Source: Geotalea daltonii FRC-32
GTDB taxonomy: Bacteria; Desulfobacterota; Desulfuromonadia; Geobacterales; Geobacteraceae
Assembly (NCBI RefSeq): GCF_000022265.1
Contig: NC_011979.1
Span: 3,090,001 to 3,122,000, forward strand
DNA: 32,000 nt
Reading direction: 5' to 3'
Part shown: positions 8,788 to 17,537 of the stretch, piece by piece
How positions within the stretch are numbered: position 1 is the first letter of the stretch
Layout: the number at the start of each line of letters is the position of its first letter
Program-made: the position numbers and the translations under genes
Notes under the pieces: generated by a model
The model's database searches: none
What the model saw: the letters and a program-made list of their open reading frames with translations, nothing else
What the model was told of the DNA's origin: nothing

Positions 8788-10383
8788 ATGAAACTAGAAA
8801 ATGATTTTCTGGTAATCGGCAGTGGTATTGCAGGTCTGTCCTTTGCTCTTCAGGCAGCGGCCCATGGCAAGGTCGCCATAGTCACCAAAAGGGACATATC
8901 GGAATCTGCTACCAATTATGCCCAAGGAGGTATCGCCACCGTATCTTCCAAAGATGACACCTTTGATGCCCATGTGGAAGACACGCTGGTTGCCGGTGCA
9001 GGCATCTGCCACGAGGATGTGGTAAGGATGGTTGTGGAAGAAGGCCCGGCGGTGATCAGTAGCCTTATCGACTGGGGGGTTAAATTCACCACCAGCGGCG
9101 ATACCTATGACCTGACCCGTGAGGGGGGGCACAGCCAGAGGCGAATCCTTCACGCTGAAGATATAACCGGTCGCGAGATCCAGAGGGCGTTGGTGGCTGC
9201 TGCCAGGGCCAATGAAAATATCACCATTTATGAAAACCATATCGGCATCGATCTGATCACTGAATCGAAGATCCTGCGCAAGCGGATCAAACCCAATCGC
9301 TGTATTGGCGCCCATGTCCTGGATATAGCCAGCGGCCAGGTGAAAACTTTCAAGGCGAAGATCACTCTTTTGGCAACTGGCGGTGCCGGCAAGGTATATC
9401 TGTATACCTGTAACCCCGATGTGGCAACGGGAGACGGTGTCGCCATGGCCTATCGCGCCGGTGCAACCATAGCCAATATGGAGTTCATGCAGTTCCACCC
9501 CACTACCCTCTACCATCCCAATGCAAAATCATTTCTCATATCAGAAGCTGTCAGGGGTGAAGGCGCCATTCTTCGCCGTCGTGACGGCACAGCCTTCATG
9601 GAGAAATACCACCATCTGAAGGATCTGGCGCCACGGGATATCGTGGCACGTGCCATTGACAACGAGATGAAAACCTATGGGGACGACTGTGTATTTCTCG
9701 ACATCACCCACAAAGACCCGGAGTATGTCAGGAACCGTTTCCCCAATATCTACCAGACCTGCCTCGAATACGGGTTGGATATGACCAAGGAGGGGCTGCC
9801 TGTGGTGCCGGCCGCTCATTATCTCTGCGGAGGTGTTGCCGTTGATACCAACGCTGAAACCGACATCCAGCACCTCTATGCCATTGGTGAAGTGGCATTT
9901 ACAGGTTTGCACGGCGCCAACCGTCTGGCCAGTAATTCTCTTCTCGAAGCTGCTGTCTATGCGGGCCGTGCCTATGCCCATGCCGTGCAGCAGCTGAAAG
10001 CCCATGATTTCCGGTTTCCAGAGATCCCCGTCTGGGATTCCGGCACTGCCACCAACAGCGACGAAATGGTGGTCGTCTCCCAGAACTGGGACGAAATCCG
10101 CCGCTTCATGTGGAACTATGTGGGCATAGTGCGGTCCGACAAACGTCTGGAAAGGGCCATGCACCGGATCAAACTGATCCAGGAAGAAATTGAAGACTAC
10201 TACTGGAACTTCATTGTAACTTCTGATCTCATCGAACTGCGCAATATTACCACGGTCGCAGAACTGATCGTAAGATGTGCCCGGCAACGCAAGGAATCCA
10301 GGGGGCTGCATTACAACATCGATTATGCCGACCGGGACGATATCCACTGGAAAAAAGACACCTTCGTCAAAAAGCAATTCTGA
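8788..10383 (+). CDS. nadB: L-aspartate oxidase
   Basis: 531 aa. It has the FAD-binding site VIGSGIAGL, plus YAQGGIA, MEFMQFHPT and LHGANRLASNSLLE, which are typical of NadB. The RBS GGGAGGAG lies upstream. Confidence 0.95.
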   Translation: MKLENDFLVIGSGIAGLSFALQAAAHGKVAIVTKRDISESATNYAQGGIATVSSKDDTFDAHVEDTLVAGAGICHEDVVRMVVEEGPAVISSLIDWGVKFTTSGDTYDLTREGGHSQRRILHAEDITGREIQRALVAAARANENITIYENHIGIDLITESKILRKRIKPNRCIGAHVLDIASGQVKTFKAKITLLATGGAGKVYLYTCNPDVATGDGVAMAYRAGATIANMEFMQFHPTTLYHPNAKSFLISEAVRGEGAILRRRDGTAFMEKYHHLKDLAPRDIVARAIDNEMKTYGDDCVFLDITHKDPEYVRNRFPNIYQTCLEYGLDMTKEGLPVVPAAHYLCGGVAVDTNAETDIQHLYAIGEVAFTGLHGANRLASNSLLEAAVYAGRAYAHAVQQLKAHDFRFPEIPVWDSGTATNSDEMVVVSQNWDEIRRFMWNYVGIVRSDKRLERAMHRIKLIQEEIEDYYWNFIVTSDLIELRNITTVAELIVRCARQRKESRGLHYNIDYADRDDIHWKKDTFVKKQF

Positions 10384-10406
10384 AAGTCTTATCCTCAGGG
10401 AGCTCT

Positions 10407-10706
10407 ATGCAGATAGATGATTACAGGGAAAAAATTGACCAGTTGGACAGCGAACTGCTGCGGATATTCAATGAACGGGCCGGTCTGGCCCTGAAGATCG
10501 GTGAGATCAAAAAAGGGCTTGCCCTCCCCGTCTATGATCCCTCCCGAGAGAAAAAGATCTTCCAGCGAATGAAAGCAGAAAACCCCGGACCTTTGGACGA
10601 TCAGGCCATTGTCAGGCTGTTCGAGAGGGTAATAGACGAATCGCGCCGTCTGGAAAGGCTGATGACGCGGCAACAGATTCTGTCCGAGGAGAATGATCGA
10701 TGCTGA
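10407..10706 (+). CDS. Chorismate mutase, AroQ class, free-standing (99 aa)
   Basis: The internal ATG at 10407 is preceded by CAGGGAG. The sequence MQIDDYREKIDQLDSELLRIFNERAGLALKIGEIKK...VYDPSREKKIF...ESRRLE fits the AroQ helical CM pattern. The longer ORF-track start at 10275 overlaps nadB and is unlikely. Confidence 0.8.
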   Translation: MQIDDYREKIDQLDSELLRIFNERAGLALKIGEIKKGLALPVYDPSREKKIFQRMKAENPGPLDDQAIVRLFERVIDESRRLERLMTRQQILSEENDRC

Positions 10707-10909
10707 TAATCATGAAGAAAAGTGCCGATGAATCGGCCCAGGTACATATCAAGGAGTATTTGATCAACAGGAACTTCGACATCCACCAGTCAACCGGCGC
10801 AAACCGCGTCATCATCGGCGTAATAGGCGACACCGAAAAACTGGAACCGGCCGATCTGGAAGCGATGCCGGGAGTACTTCAGGTAATCAGGATCAACAAG
10901 GAAGAATGA
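10700..10909 (+). CDS. Stand-alone ferredoxin-like/ACT-like domain resembling the N-terminal regulatory domain of type I-beta DAHP synthase
   Basis: 69 aa. MLIIMKKSADES...HQSTGANRVIIGVIGD...LEAMPGVLQVIRI parallels my recollection of the Thermotoga-type DAHPS N-terminus (MIVVLKPG...ERTVIGIIGD...). The start overlaps the CM stop (ATGCTGA). No catalytic domain follows. Confidence 0.65.
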   Translation: MLIIMKKSADESAQVHIKEYLINRNFDIHQSTGANRVIIGVIGDTEKLEPADLEAMPGVLQVIRINKEE

Positions 10910-10945
10910 TTCAGTGACTGTTAAAACGGCTAAGTCATGAATAGC

Positions 10946-10980
10946 AAAGGGGCTGATGGATACCATCGCCCCTTTTAATT
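10946..10980 (+). terminator. Rho-independent terminator after the CM/FL-domain pair
   Basis: The stem AAGGGGC ... GCCCCTT has a 14-nt loop and is followed by TTAATTT. Confidence 0.55.
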
Positions 10981-11002
10981 TGCTTGCCTGGATAAACGAA
11001 AA

Positions 11003-11037
11003 GGGCCTACGTTCGCACGTAAACCCCCTGTTTTTTT

Positions 11038-11038
<1 letters not shown>
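11003..11038. terminator. Weak bidirectional hairpin with T8 run between the plus-strand operon and the tRNA-Ala 3' end
   Basis: GGGCCTACG-TTCGCA-CGTAAACCCCC forms 3+4 bp with an internal loop. It is followed by TGTTTTTTTT on the plus strand and TTTTCGTTT on the minus strand. Confidence 0.35.
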
Positions 11039-11113
<75 letters not shown>

Positions 11114-11127
11114 ATTCAAGAATCCCT

Positions 11128-11156
11128 TTTATAGCAAACCGGTCTTCAGGTGTCAA
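11128..11156 (-). promoter_or_regulatory. Sigma-70 promoter for tRNA-Ala
   Basis: On the minus strand an A-rich UP-like tract is followed by TTGACA, a 17-nt spacer and TATAAA. The -10 ends 14 nt before the mature tRNA 5' end. Confidence 0.6.
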
Positions 11157-11178
11157 TCTTTTTTTTCAATTTTTATGC

Positions 11179-11207
11179 TTGACCGTTCTGCACTCATTGG
11201 CTATAAT
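11179..11207 (+). promoter_or_regulatory. Consensus sigma-70 promoter for tRNA-Leu
   Basis: TTGACC (11179-11184), a 17-nt spacer, then TATAAT (11202-11207). The tRNA starts at 11223. Confidence 0.65.
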
Positions 11208-11222
11208 CCACGGACAATTTCT

Positions 11223-11309
11223 GCCGGAGTGGTGAAATTGGTAGACGCACTGGACTCAAAATCCAGCGGGAGCAATCCCATGCCGGTTCGACCCCGGCCT
11301 CCGGCACCA
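11223..11309 (+). tRNA. tRNA-Leu (anticodon CAA), long variable arm, CCA encoded
   Basis: The sequence is GCCGGAGTGGTGAAATTGGTAGACGCACTGGACTCAAAATCCAGCGGGAGCAATCCCATGCCGGTTCGACCCCGGCCTCCGGCACCA. The acceptor stem is GCCGGAG/CTCCGGC and the anticodon loop is CTCAAAA. Confidence 0.95.
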
Positions 11310-11323
11310 TTTTCAACAAAGTT

Positions 11324-11356
11324 AAAAAGCCCTGTAACCCAGGGCTTTTCTTTTTG
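11324..11356. terminator. Bidirectional rho-independent terminator shared by tRNA-Leu (+) and asmA (-)
   Basis: AAAAAGCCCTG-TAAC-CCAGGGCTTTTCTTTTT is a perfect 9-bp stem flanked by an A-run and a T-run. Confidence 0.7.
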
Positions 11357-11365
11357 ATAAGCGCA

Positions 11366-13339
11366 TTATTTCCCCAAAATTCCCCGCAGACCCTTCTCCA
11401 GAAGTTCCTTTTCCGGGCGCTGAGATTCACCTTCCTTTTTCTTCAGAAGTTTCTCCTGAATGGTCTGCTCAAGCTTCTCCCTCCCTTTCTGCTTCAATTG
11501 CTGGCGGACACCGGAAACGTCGAGTTGGAACCGAGGGGAGGAAAAGGTTCCCTTGACCTTGAGGGGCAGGACACCCCATCCTTTTTCATCGGTAATCATC
11601 TTGCCCAGTTCACCTCTCGTTATCCTGCTGGTCAGCTGAGGTGCAAGGCGTGTTTCCAGGGACAGATCGAGACTTGAGTCGAGTCCGGCGGTTCCTTTCG
11701 GTGTGATATGCACATCACGACCGGTGACGTTGCTATCGACAACCACTTTGCCGTTGACTATTTTGAAACTGCCGGCGAATTTTTCGAACTGCACAACCCG
11801 CAACTGTTCGAGGTCCAGGAACTGTGCCAGACTCTGAACCAGTCCTGATCCCGTTAGTTTGCCTTGTGAGATATTGTAGGTGCCCTGACCATTGATGTTT
11901 TTCTTTATAGCTGCAGTTTGGGTTCCCTTGCCTGCCAGTTGTGCATTAAGGGAAAGGGTGCCGAAAACAGTTCCCGCAGCTTTAGGGGCAAAGGCGGCAA
12001 CGAGTGAATCCGCCTTTACCCCTTGAATTGCCAGGGTTGTTGAATAGGTAAAACCCTTTTGTCCAAGGTCGACTCGCGCCGTATCGCTGAAAGAGCCACC
12101 AGCGACCTTGCCTTTCAGTTCATCGATATTCAGGATGTTGTCAGCGAGCCTGTATCTGAGGACCAGACCGGCAACCGGCAACCCCTTGTAGGATGTCTGC
12201 CCCAGTTGGAACGTGCCGGTGGCTCGAACCGGAATTTTCAGCGGGCCGGGTTCAGGCTTCTCCCCTTCAGCAGCAGTTGCTTTTTTGCTCTTTTTCAAAA
12301 ACGGTTCCAGGTCAAAGCGTTCAGCACTAACGGAACTGGTGACGGACAATGGCTTGCCAAGCAGATTCGAGACGGTGAACTTTATATCCAGCTTGTTGGC
12401 GCCCATGGCTAATGTCAGGTCTTGGGAGGAAAGTTGACTCCCCTTTAGCACAAGTAATCCTGATAGTGATGGCCGTTGCCCGGAGGTTGTGAAAGCGACA
12501 TTGTTAAGTTTCACCTCCCCCGCCTTAAGCAGTTCTTTCGGCGCCGAAACAGGCCCTGCCAGGTGTAATCGTACATTTACCGCACCCGAAGGATCAAGGG
12601 CTCTGATCTTTGCCGTCAGCTGCGGAGGGAGTCCGGCGGCCAGCTTCTTGATATCGGCCTCCTTGATGGTGATGACGACATCGATTGCCGGTTTCTTCCC
12701 CACATCGGCAGCTTTTCCATCCATCTCCATGGATGCACCAGGCACCATGGCCTTTACCCTTAAGGGGAACTGCTTATCCATGGCTATGTCGCTGGCATTA
12801 ACTTCAACGCCCGTGATATCGTATATAAACGGCTGATCTGTCTTTTTGCTCCGATCTTCGTAGTGGACCGCACCTTTGAGCAATGCCACTCGGGATATCA
12901 GCAGATTGATTCCCTCTTTTGTCGTTTGTGGCGCGGGAGCGGGTTCTTTTTTTGCCATTAGATCGGAATAGTTGAAAGTGCCATCGGGCAAACGGATCAC
13001 CCTGATCTTAGGCGTATCGAGCACCACCTGGTCCACCACCACCCTTCCCGTCAATAACGGCCAGAACCGGTATTTCAGCTTAACCTGTTCGGCCTGTACG
13101 AAGGGATCCGCTCCTGTTTTTTCCATTACGGTCAGCTTCTTCAGGACAATGCCGGAAAAAATGCTGACACTGACCTCCCCCAGCTGAACCTGGCGCTGCA
13201 GCTTCTTTTCGGCCAAGGGCAACACGGTCTTCCTGACCCCTTCGGGGGTGACTAGCAATTTTACCAGGACGGCAATAACCAGGAACAGCACGGCAATGGC
13301 CGCAAAGATAATACCTGTGATCTTGAGAGTTTTTTTCAC
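11366..13339 (-). CDS. asmA: AsmA-family outer-membrane biogenesis protein
   Basis: 657 aa. It has an N-terminal TM anchor, then a long beta-rich repetitive body with an AsmA-like N-terminus (LVKLLVTPEGVRKTVLPLAEKKLQRQVQLGEVSVSIFSG) and a basic C-terminal tail. Confidence 0.8.
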   Translation of the reverse strand: MKKTLKITGIIFAAIAVLFLVIAVLVKLLVTPEGVRKTVLPLAEKKLQRQVQLGEVSVSIFSGIVLKKLTVMEKTGADPFVQAEQVKLKYRFWPLLTGRVVVDQVVLDTPKIRVIRLPDGTFNYSDLMAKKEPAPAPQTTKEGINLLISRVALLKGAVHYEDRSKKTDQPFIYDITGVEVNASDIAMDKQFPLRVKAMVPGASMEMDGKAADVGKKPAIDVVITIKEADIKKLAAGLPPQLTAKIRALDPSGAVNVRLHLAGPVSAPKELLKAGEVKLNNVAFTTSGQRPSLSGLLVLKGSQLSSQDLTLAMGANKLDIKFTVSNLLGKPLSVTSSVSAERFDLEPFLKKSKKATAAEGEKPEPGPLKIPVRATGTFQLGQTSYKGLPVAGLVLRYRLADNILNIDELKGKVAGGSFSDTARVDLGQKGFTYSTTLAIQGVKADSLVAAFAPKAAGTVFGTLSLNAQLAGKGTQTAAIKKNINGQGTYNISQGKLTGSGLVQSLAQFLDLEQLRVVQFEKFAGSFKIVNGKVVVDSNVTGRDVHITPKGTAGLDSSLDLSLETRLAPQLTSRITRGELGKMITDEKGWGVLPLKVKGTFSSPRFQLDVSGVRQQLKQKGREKLEQTIQEKLLKKKEGESQRPEKELLEKGLRGILGK

Positions 13340-13466
13340 GACGATCTCCCTTTCCGGCTATCTGGCGAAGACAGAAGAGTATCAGACAACCTGTGGCTTT
13401 TAAAATTGTAGCAGTTCCCCCGATTATTTCAGTGACCGGCAGGGTGGAGACAGGGTTCCTGCCAAG

Positions 13467-14684
13467 CTAAGAGATAAGGCTGAAGTTGCTCCGAAAGGAT
13501 GAAAAAAGATCCAGGTACTGCTCCACCAAGCGGGAAAGCAGGAAACTTTTCAATACACTGTCCCGCGCCTTCCTTCCCATCTCCTCGCGCAACCGATCAT
13601 CCTTCAAAAGCTGGACGATACGCGCTGCAGCCTCCTCAGGTGACGAGACAAGGAAGCCGTTTACGTTATCGTCGATCTGGTGCGGAATGCCACCTACCCT
13701 GCCACCGATGACTGGAGTTCCTTTCAGCATTGCCTCAGCCACAGTCAGACCGAATCCCTCCCGCAAAGATTTTTGCAATACAACGGCTGCCCTCCTCTGC
13801 AGTGCATTCACCAGTGCCGAGTCCTGGGAGCTGAGAATCAGCAGGCGCTCTTCCTGGCACTTAAGTAAAGATTCGTATATCTGCGCACCCTCGGGATCGT
13901 CGGTGGCCATGCTGCCAAGGAGGACCAGGGTGCATGGCATCTCTTTTCTCGCAATCTTGAATGCCTGAATCACACCTTCGGGGTCTTTCCAGCGGTCGAA
14001 CCTGGATATCTGTACAAGTATGGGCAGATCCACCGGAATATTGTAATGGCTAAGACGCTCGTCGATTTCAGGATCGCTCAACTCGCGGTTCTTCTGGGAA
14101 AACGGGTCAATGGCCGGCATAAAGAAAACCTGTGGCGTATTCAGCTTTTGCCGGTATTCAGGCAAGGACATGATTACCGCATCGTACATCTGAATGTAAT
14201 TCTGCAGATATTCCCACAATTGGGGATGGGGATCATGCAATTGCAGGTGGCAGCGCCATATCCAGGGACCACGCTTTCGATTATGGGCCACGATCGGCAA
14301 AGGCTGTGGATCATGAACGACCACCATGTCATGATTTAGATGCATCCTGATGGCGTTTTCGTGGATTACCTCTTCAAACACCTGGACTTTTCTCCGGGTG
14401 AAGTGGTAATCGCTCCCTTGCAGGGCATTGTGCATCTTCTTGGTAATGGCAAAGAAGTCGGGCGAACCGGAAATTACACGCCAGCCGGTTTTGATGCCCA
14501 GACTGTTCATCAGGAGCGTGAGGGAAGAGAGAATTTCCGAGACGCCTCCTCCGTAAAAGGTGGAATTTATGTGGACGATGTGCAGGTCGTTCAGGCGATG
14601 GGCCTTGCTGAGAATTCGATCCACGGCTTCACTGCCGATCAATGGTTCATAATTGTGTATGTTCGCGATCTTGTGAAACTCCAT
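13467..14684 (-). CDS. GT4-family glycosyltransferase, trehalose synthase/phosphorylase-like (TreT-like)
   Basis: The ORF track gives 13467..14753; I prefer the ATG at 14684 (MEFHKI...). It has VHINSTFYGGGVSEIL, the C-terminal GT-B region EGFGLTVAEAMLKGTPVIG, and the N-terminal architecture typical of TreT-like GT4 enzymes. Confidence 0.78.
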   Translation of the reverse strand: MEFHKIANIHNYEPLIGSEAVDRILSKAHRLNDLHIVHINSTFYGGGVSEILSSLTLLMNSLGIKTGWRVISGSPDFFAITKKMHNALQGSDYHFTRRKVQVFEEVIHENAIRMHLNHDMVVVHDPQPLPIVAHNRKRGPWIWRCHLQLHDPHPQLWEYLQNYIQMYDAVIMSLPEYRQKLNTPQVFFMPAIDPFSQKNRELSDPEIDERLSHYNIPVDLPILVQISRFDRWKDPEGVIQAFKIARKEMPCTLVLLGSMATDDPEGAQIYESLLKCQEERLLILSSQDSALVNALQRRAAVVLQKSLREGFGLTVAEAMLKGTPVIGGRVGGIPHQIDDNVNGFLVSSPEEAAARIVQLLKDDRLREEMGRKARDSVLKSFLLSRLVEQYLDLFSSFRSNFSLIS

Positions 14685-15102
14685 GGTCAGCCCCCGAGAG
14701 GTGCGGTGTGGAATCACACAGGCGTCTCTTCCTGAATTCAGCGTCTCACCCACGCAAAGCGATCCATTATTTTATATTAAGTATATGGCGAATCGTTCCG
14801 ACCGCATTATATAGTGAATGTTTTCATAAGGAATGCTGCTTTTATTCCATCCGTTATCTTGAGCTGGCAGGCAAGGATATTACACAAATACGTCGGTAAG
14901 TAAGTATATCGATTCCATGGTAGCATTGTATTTTCAATTGCTTATCCTTTGTATTATATGGTAATAACACACTGTCATGTGATGCTTGAGGTTCTAACGC
15001 TGATCCGCCTAATCTGCAATGAGACTTAAGATTGCTTTTGCTTTTTCTCGATTCTGGTAACATGTTTTGAGAAGTGGTCTGTTATCCATAGAGGAGGGAT
15101 AG

Positions 15103-15750
15103 ATGAAAAGGTTATTGCTGGCACCAATTTTGGTGCTGATTTTAATTACCATGACCGGTTGCGGTGATGATCATCGCAACGAACCTCAATTGTTCTTCAC
15201 GCAAATCCTTAGTAATGCGGCACTCGACGGGGACATTGAGCGTAATCCGGCTGCAGGGACATTGACAATTACCCAGGGAAACACCGAGAGTGTCTTTGTC
15301 GGAGTAGATCCTGTGACTGGGACAGAATTTCGAGCTTTTCTCGATTTTTCACTGACAGGCGCCGGTGGCGTTCCCCTTAATGCGATAATAAATTCGGCAA
15401 CTCTGAACATCTCCATAAACAACCTCGACCCCAGAACCGCCACCATCCCCATCCGTATCGACCTTATTTCCTTCGCTCCGCCAACACTGTTGGGAGACGA
15501 CTTCGATCGCACACTGCAACCGGCCCTGGCAACCACCACCATTCAGCCCCCTATAGGTCCTGCTGATTTCGGGCAAAATGTGGCCATCGACATTACCTCT
15601 TTGATGGTTGAAGCACAACGCCTCGGCCTGCCGACCCTCCAACTGCGCCTTTTGCCGGACTCTCCAATTCTAGGACTTGTGGAGATCAATGACACAACCG
15701 GCGTCAATCGGGGAATCCTTGCCCCTCTTCTGGAAGTTGAATACTTCTGA
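15103..15750 (+). CDS. Lipoprotein of unknown function (possible DNRLRE/CBM96-like beta domain)
   Basis: 215 aa. It has the RBS GAGGAGGGA and a signal peptide with the lipobox ITMTGC. FLDFSLTG...INSATLNISINN weakly recalls the DNRLRE-domain pattern, so the domain label is low confidence. Confidence 0.7.
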   Translation: MKRLLLAPILVLILITMTGCGDDHRNEPQLFFTQILSNAALDGDIERNPAAGTLTITQGNTESVFVGVDPVTGTEFRAFLDFSLTGAGGVPLNAIINSATLNISINNLDPRTATIPIRIDLISFAPPTLLGDDFDRTLQPALATTTIQPPIGPADFGQNVAIDITSLMVEAQRLGLPTLQLRLLPDSPILGLVEINDTTGVNRGILAPLLEVEYF

Positions 15751-15963
15751 AATGCTGTAAATCCTTCTTTCAGCGAGCAAAAAAGCCAGTACAACGATAA
15801 GTTGATATATTGATGAACAGGTAAGGATAATTTACAAACGAAATTTCTTTTAGATTAAGAGATTACAGGAAATATAAAGATATTAATTCTGCACTTGCAT
15901 ATTGGAAAAAATGCTGTAAGATTATAAACATTTAATTTTAAGCCATTGATCCGGGGGGGACAC

Positions 15964-16170
15964 ATGGCCAGGATGGTAAACGTAATTTTCATTGACGGGG
16001 CCATTGAACCGGTTCCGCCATCCCTGCTCAAGGAACTGATAAGCTTGCGGGAGATAAGAGCTTTCGAGAGAACAGAAGGCTGGGTATATATCGGACAGGC
16101 CCCTATCAGAAGAAAACTTAAACCCATTAAAGGGCCTGGCCAGCGTTCCTACGACATATATCTGGAGTGA
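15964..16170 (+). CDS. Small hypothetical protein (68 aa)
   Basis: The ATG at 15964 is preceded by a G-rich RBS (GGGGGGGA). The sequence is MARMVNVIFIDGAIEPVPPSLLKELISLREIRAFERTEGWVYIGQAPIRR..., with no domain I can name securely. Confidence 0.45.
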   Translation: MARMVNVIFIDGAIEPVPPSLLKELISLREIRAFERTEGWVYIGQAPIRRKLKPIKGPGQRSYDIYLE

Positions 16171-16453
16171 CGAAACTCGCACTACCCTACTCCGCCGATT
16201 CATTACATCTAAGATGGAAAAAAATGTCAAACCAGTTGACAAACCCAAGTCGAACGATTATCCTTCATCCAAGCAATAAAGGGGAGTAGTTATCGGCCAC
16301 CGAAAAGGCCGACCCGGATTCCGTCAATACGGCCACGAGCCCGGAACCGGGGCAGATTTCTGTCAACAAGACCTTTATCCAGGGCATTCAAGCCGGGGGT
16401 AAAGGTCTTTTTTATTACCCCCGGCGATAAACCACATCGTCGGAGGTAAAGCG

Positions 16454-17311
16454 ATGAATCGACTCAAAACGACCCTTCTCCTCTCTCTTCTCACCGTGCT
16501 GATGGTGCTGATGGGCAGCGCCATCGGCGGCAAGACCGGAATGGTCTTCGCCTTCTTCATGGCTGTCGCCATGAACTTCTTCTCCTACTGGTTTTCCGAC
16601 AAGATTGTCCTGAAAATGTATGGCGCCCAGGAAATCGGCGAGCATGACCATCCTGCATTTTATGGGCTGGTCCGCAGGTTGGCGCTCCAGGCAGGGCTCC
16701 CCATGCCGCGGGTCTTTGTCGTCCCGTCGGAGAGCCCAAACGCCTTTGCCACCGGGCGAAATCCTTCCCATGCTGCCGTTGCCGCGACAGAAGGCATTTT
16801 ACGCATTCTTTCTCCCGATGAACTTGAAGGGGTCATGGCCCATGAGCTGGCCCATGTTCAGAACCGGGATATTCTCGTTTCTACCATTGCAGCAACCTTC
16901 GCCGGCGCCATTTCCATGATTGGCAACATGCTCCAGTGGGGAGCAATCATGGGTGGCGGGCGAAGTGACGACGAAGAAGGCTCAGGAGGTCTCATCGGCT
17001 CGTTGGTAATGGCTATCATCGCTCCCATTGCCGCCATGCTGATCCAAATGGCTGTGTCCCGTTCGCGGGAATACCTGGCCGATGAAACCGGTGCCCGCAT
17101 TTGCGGTCGTCCACTGGCATTGGCGAACGCCCTGCGCAAGCTGCACAACGCTTCCCACATGATACCAATGCAAGAGGCGTCCCCGGCGTCAGCGCATCTT
17201 TTCATCGTCAACCCGCTTACTGGCGGCTCGCTGATGAACCTATTCTCCACCCATCCCCCCATGGAGGAACGTATAGCCAGACTGGAAGGACTGGCGAGGA
17301 ACAGATGGTAG
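16454..17311 (+). CDS. htpX: Zinc metalloprotease HtpX (M48 family)
   Basis: 285 aa with four TM segments, the [10 protein letters not shown] zinc motif and the C-terminal [11 protein letters not shown]. The RBS GGAGGT lies upstream. Confidence 0.92.
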   Translation: MNRLKTTLLLSLLTVLMVLMGSAIGGKTGMVFAFFMAVAMNFFSYWFSDKIVLKMYGAQEIGEHDHPAFYGLVRRLALQAGLPMPRVFVVPSESPNAFATGRNPSHAAVAATEGILRILSPDELEGVMAHELAHVQNRDILVSTIAATFAGAISMIGNMLQWGAIMGGGRSDDEEGSGGLIGSLVMAIIAPIAAMLIQMAVSRSREYLADETGARICGRPLALANALRKLHNASHMIPMQEASPASAHLFIVNPLTGGSLMNLFSTHPPMEERIARLEGLARNRW

Positions 17312-17529
17312 AATGGACCCTGAGGAATGTGAAGCGGCTGATAATAGCCGTCACCGGTTTTATCGTCATGGCAGTAGGCATTGCCATGATAGTGCTCCCC
17401 GGCCCGGCGGTCATCGTCATCCCAATCGGGCTGGGGATACTGGCGACGGAATTTGTCTGGGCCAGAACGTTCCTGAAACATGCCAAAGAGCGAATGGCCC
17501 GTTTTAGAAAAAAAGCCGAGATCAGCTAG
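17305..17529 (+). CDS. PGPGW-domain small membrane protein (74 aa)
   Basis: The start overlaps the htpX stop (ATGGTAG). [53 protein letters not shown] fits the PGPGW two-TM pattern. The ORF-track start at 17101 lies inside htpX and is unlikely. Confidence 0.7.
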   Translation: MVEWTLRNVKRLIIAVTGFIVMAVGIAMIVLPGPAVIVIPIGLGILATEFVWARTFLKHAKERMARFRKKAEIS

Positions 17530-17537
17530 AGTGTTTT

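Noticed and set aside
8794-10377. 240-aa and 278-aa minus-strand ORFs antisense to nadB
   Set aside because: nadB is unambiguous on the plus strand. The antisense ORFs are typical GC-rich shadow frames without motifs.
15119-15134. TGGCACCAATTTTGGT, a sigma-54-like sequence
   Set aside because: It lies inside the signal-peptide coding region of the lipoprotein gene, and the -12 element is GG rather than GC.
16858-17481. 207-aa minus-strand ORF overlapping htpX and the PGPGW gene
   Set aside because: It is antisense to two well-supported genes and has no motifs or RBS.
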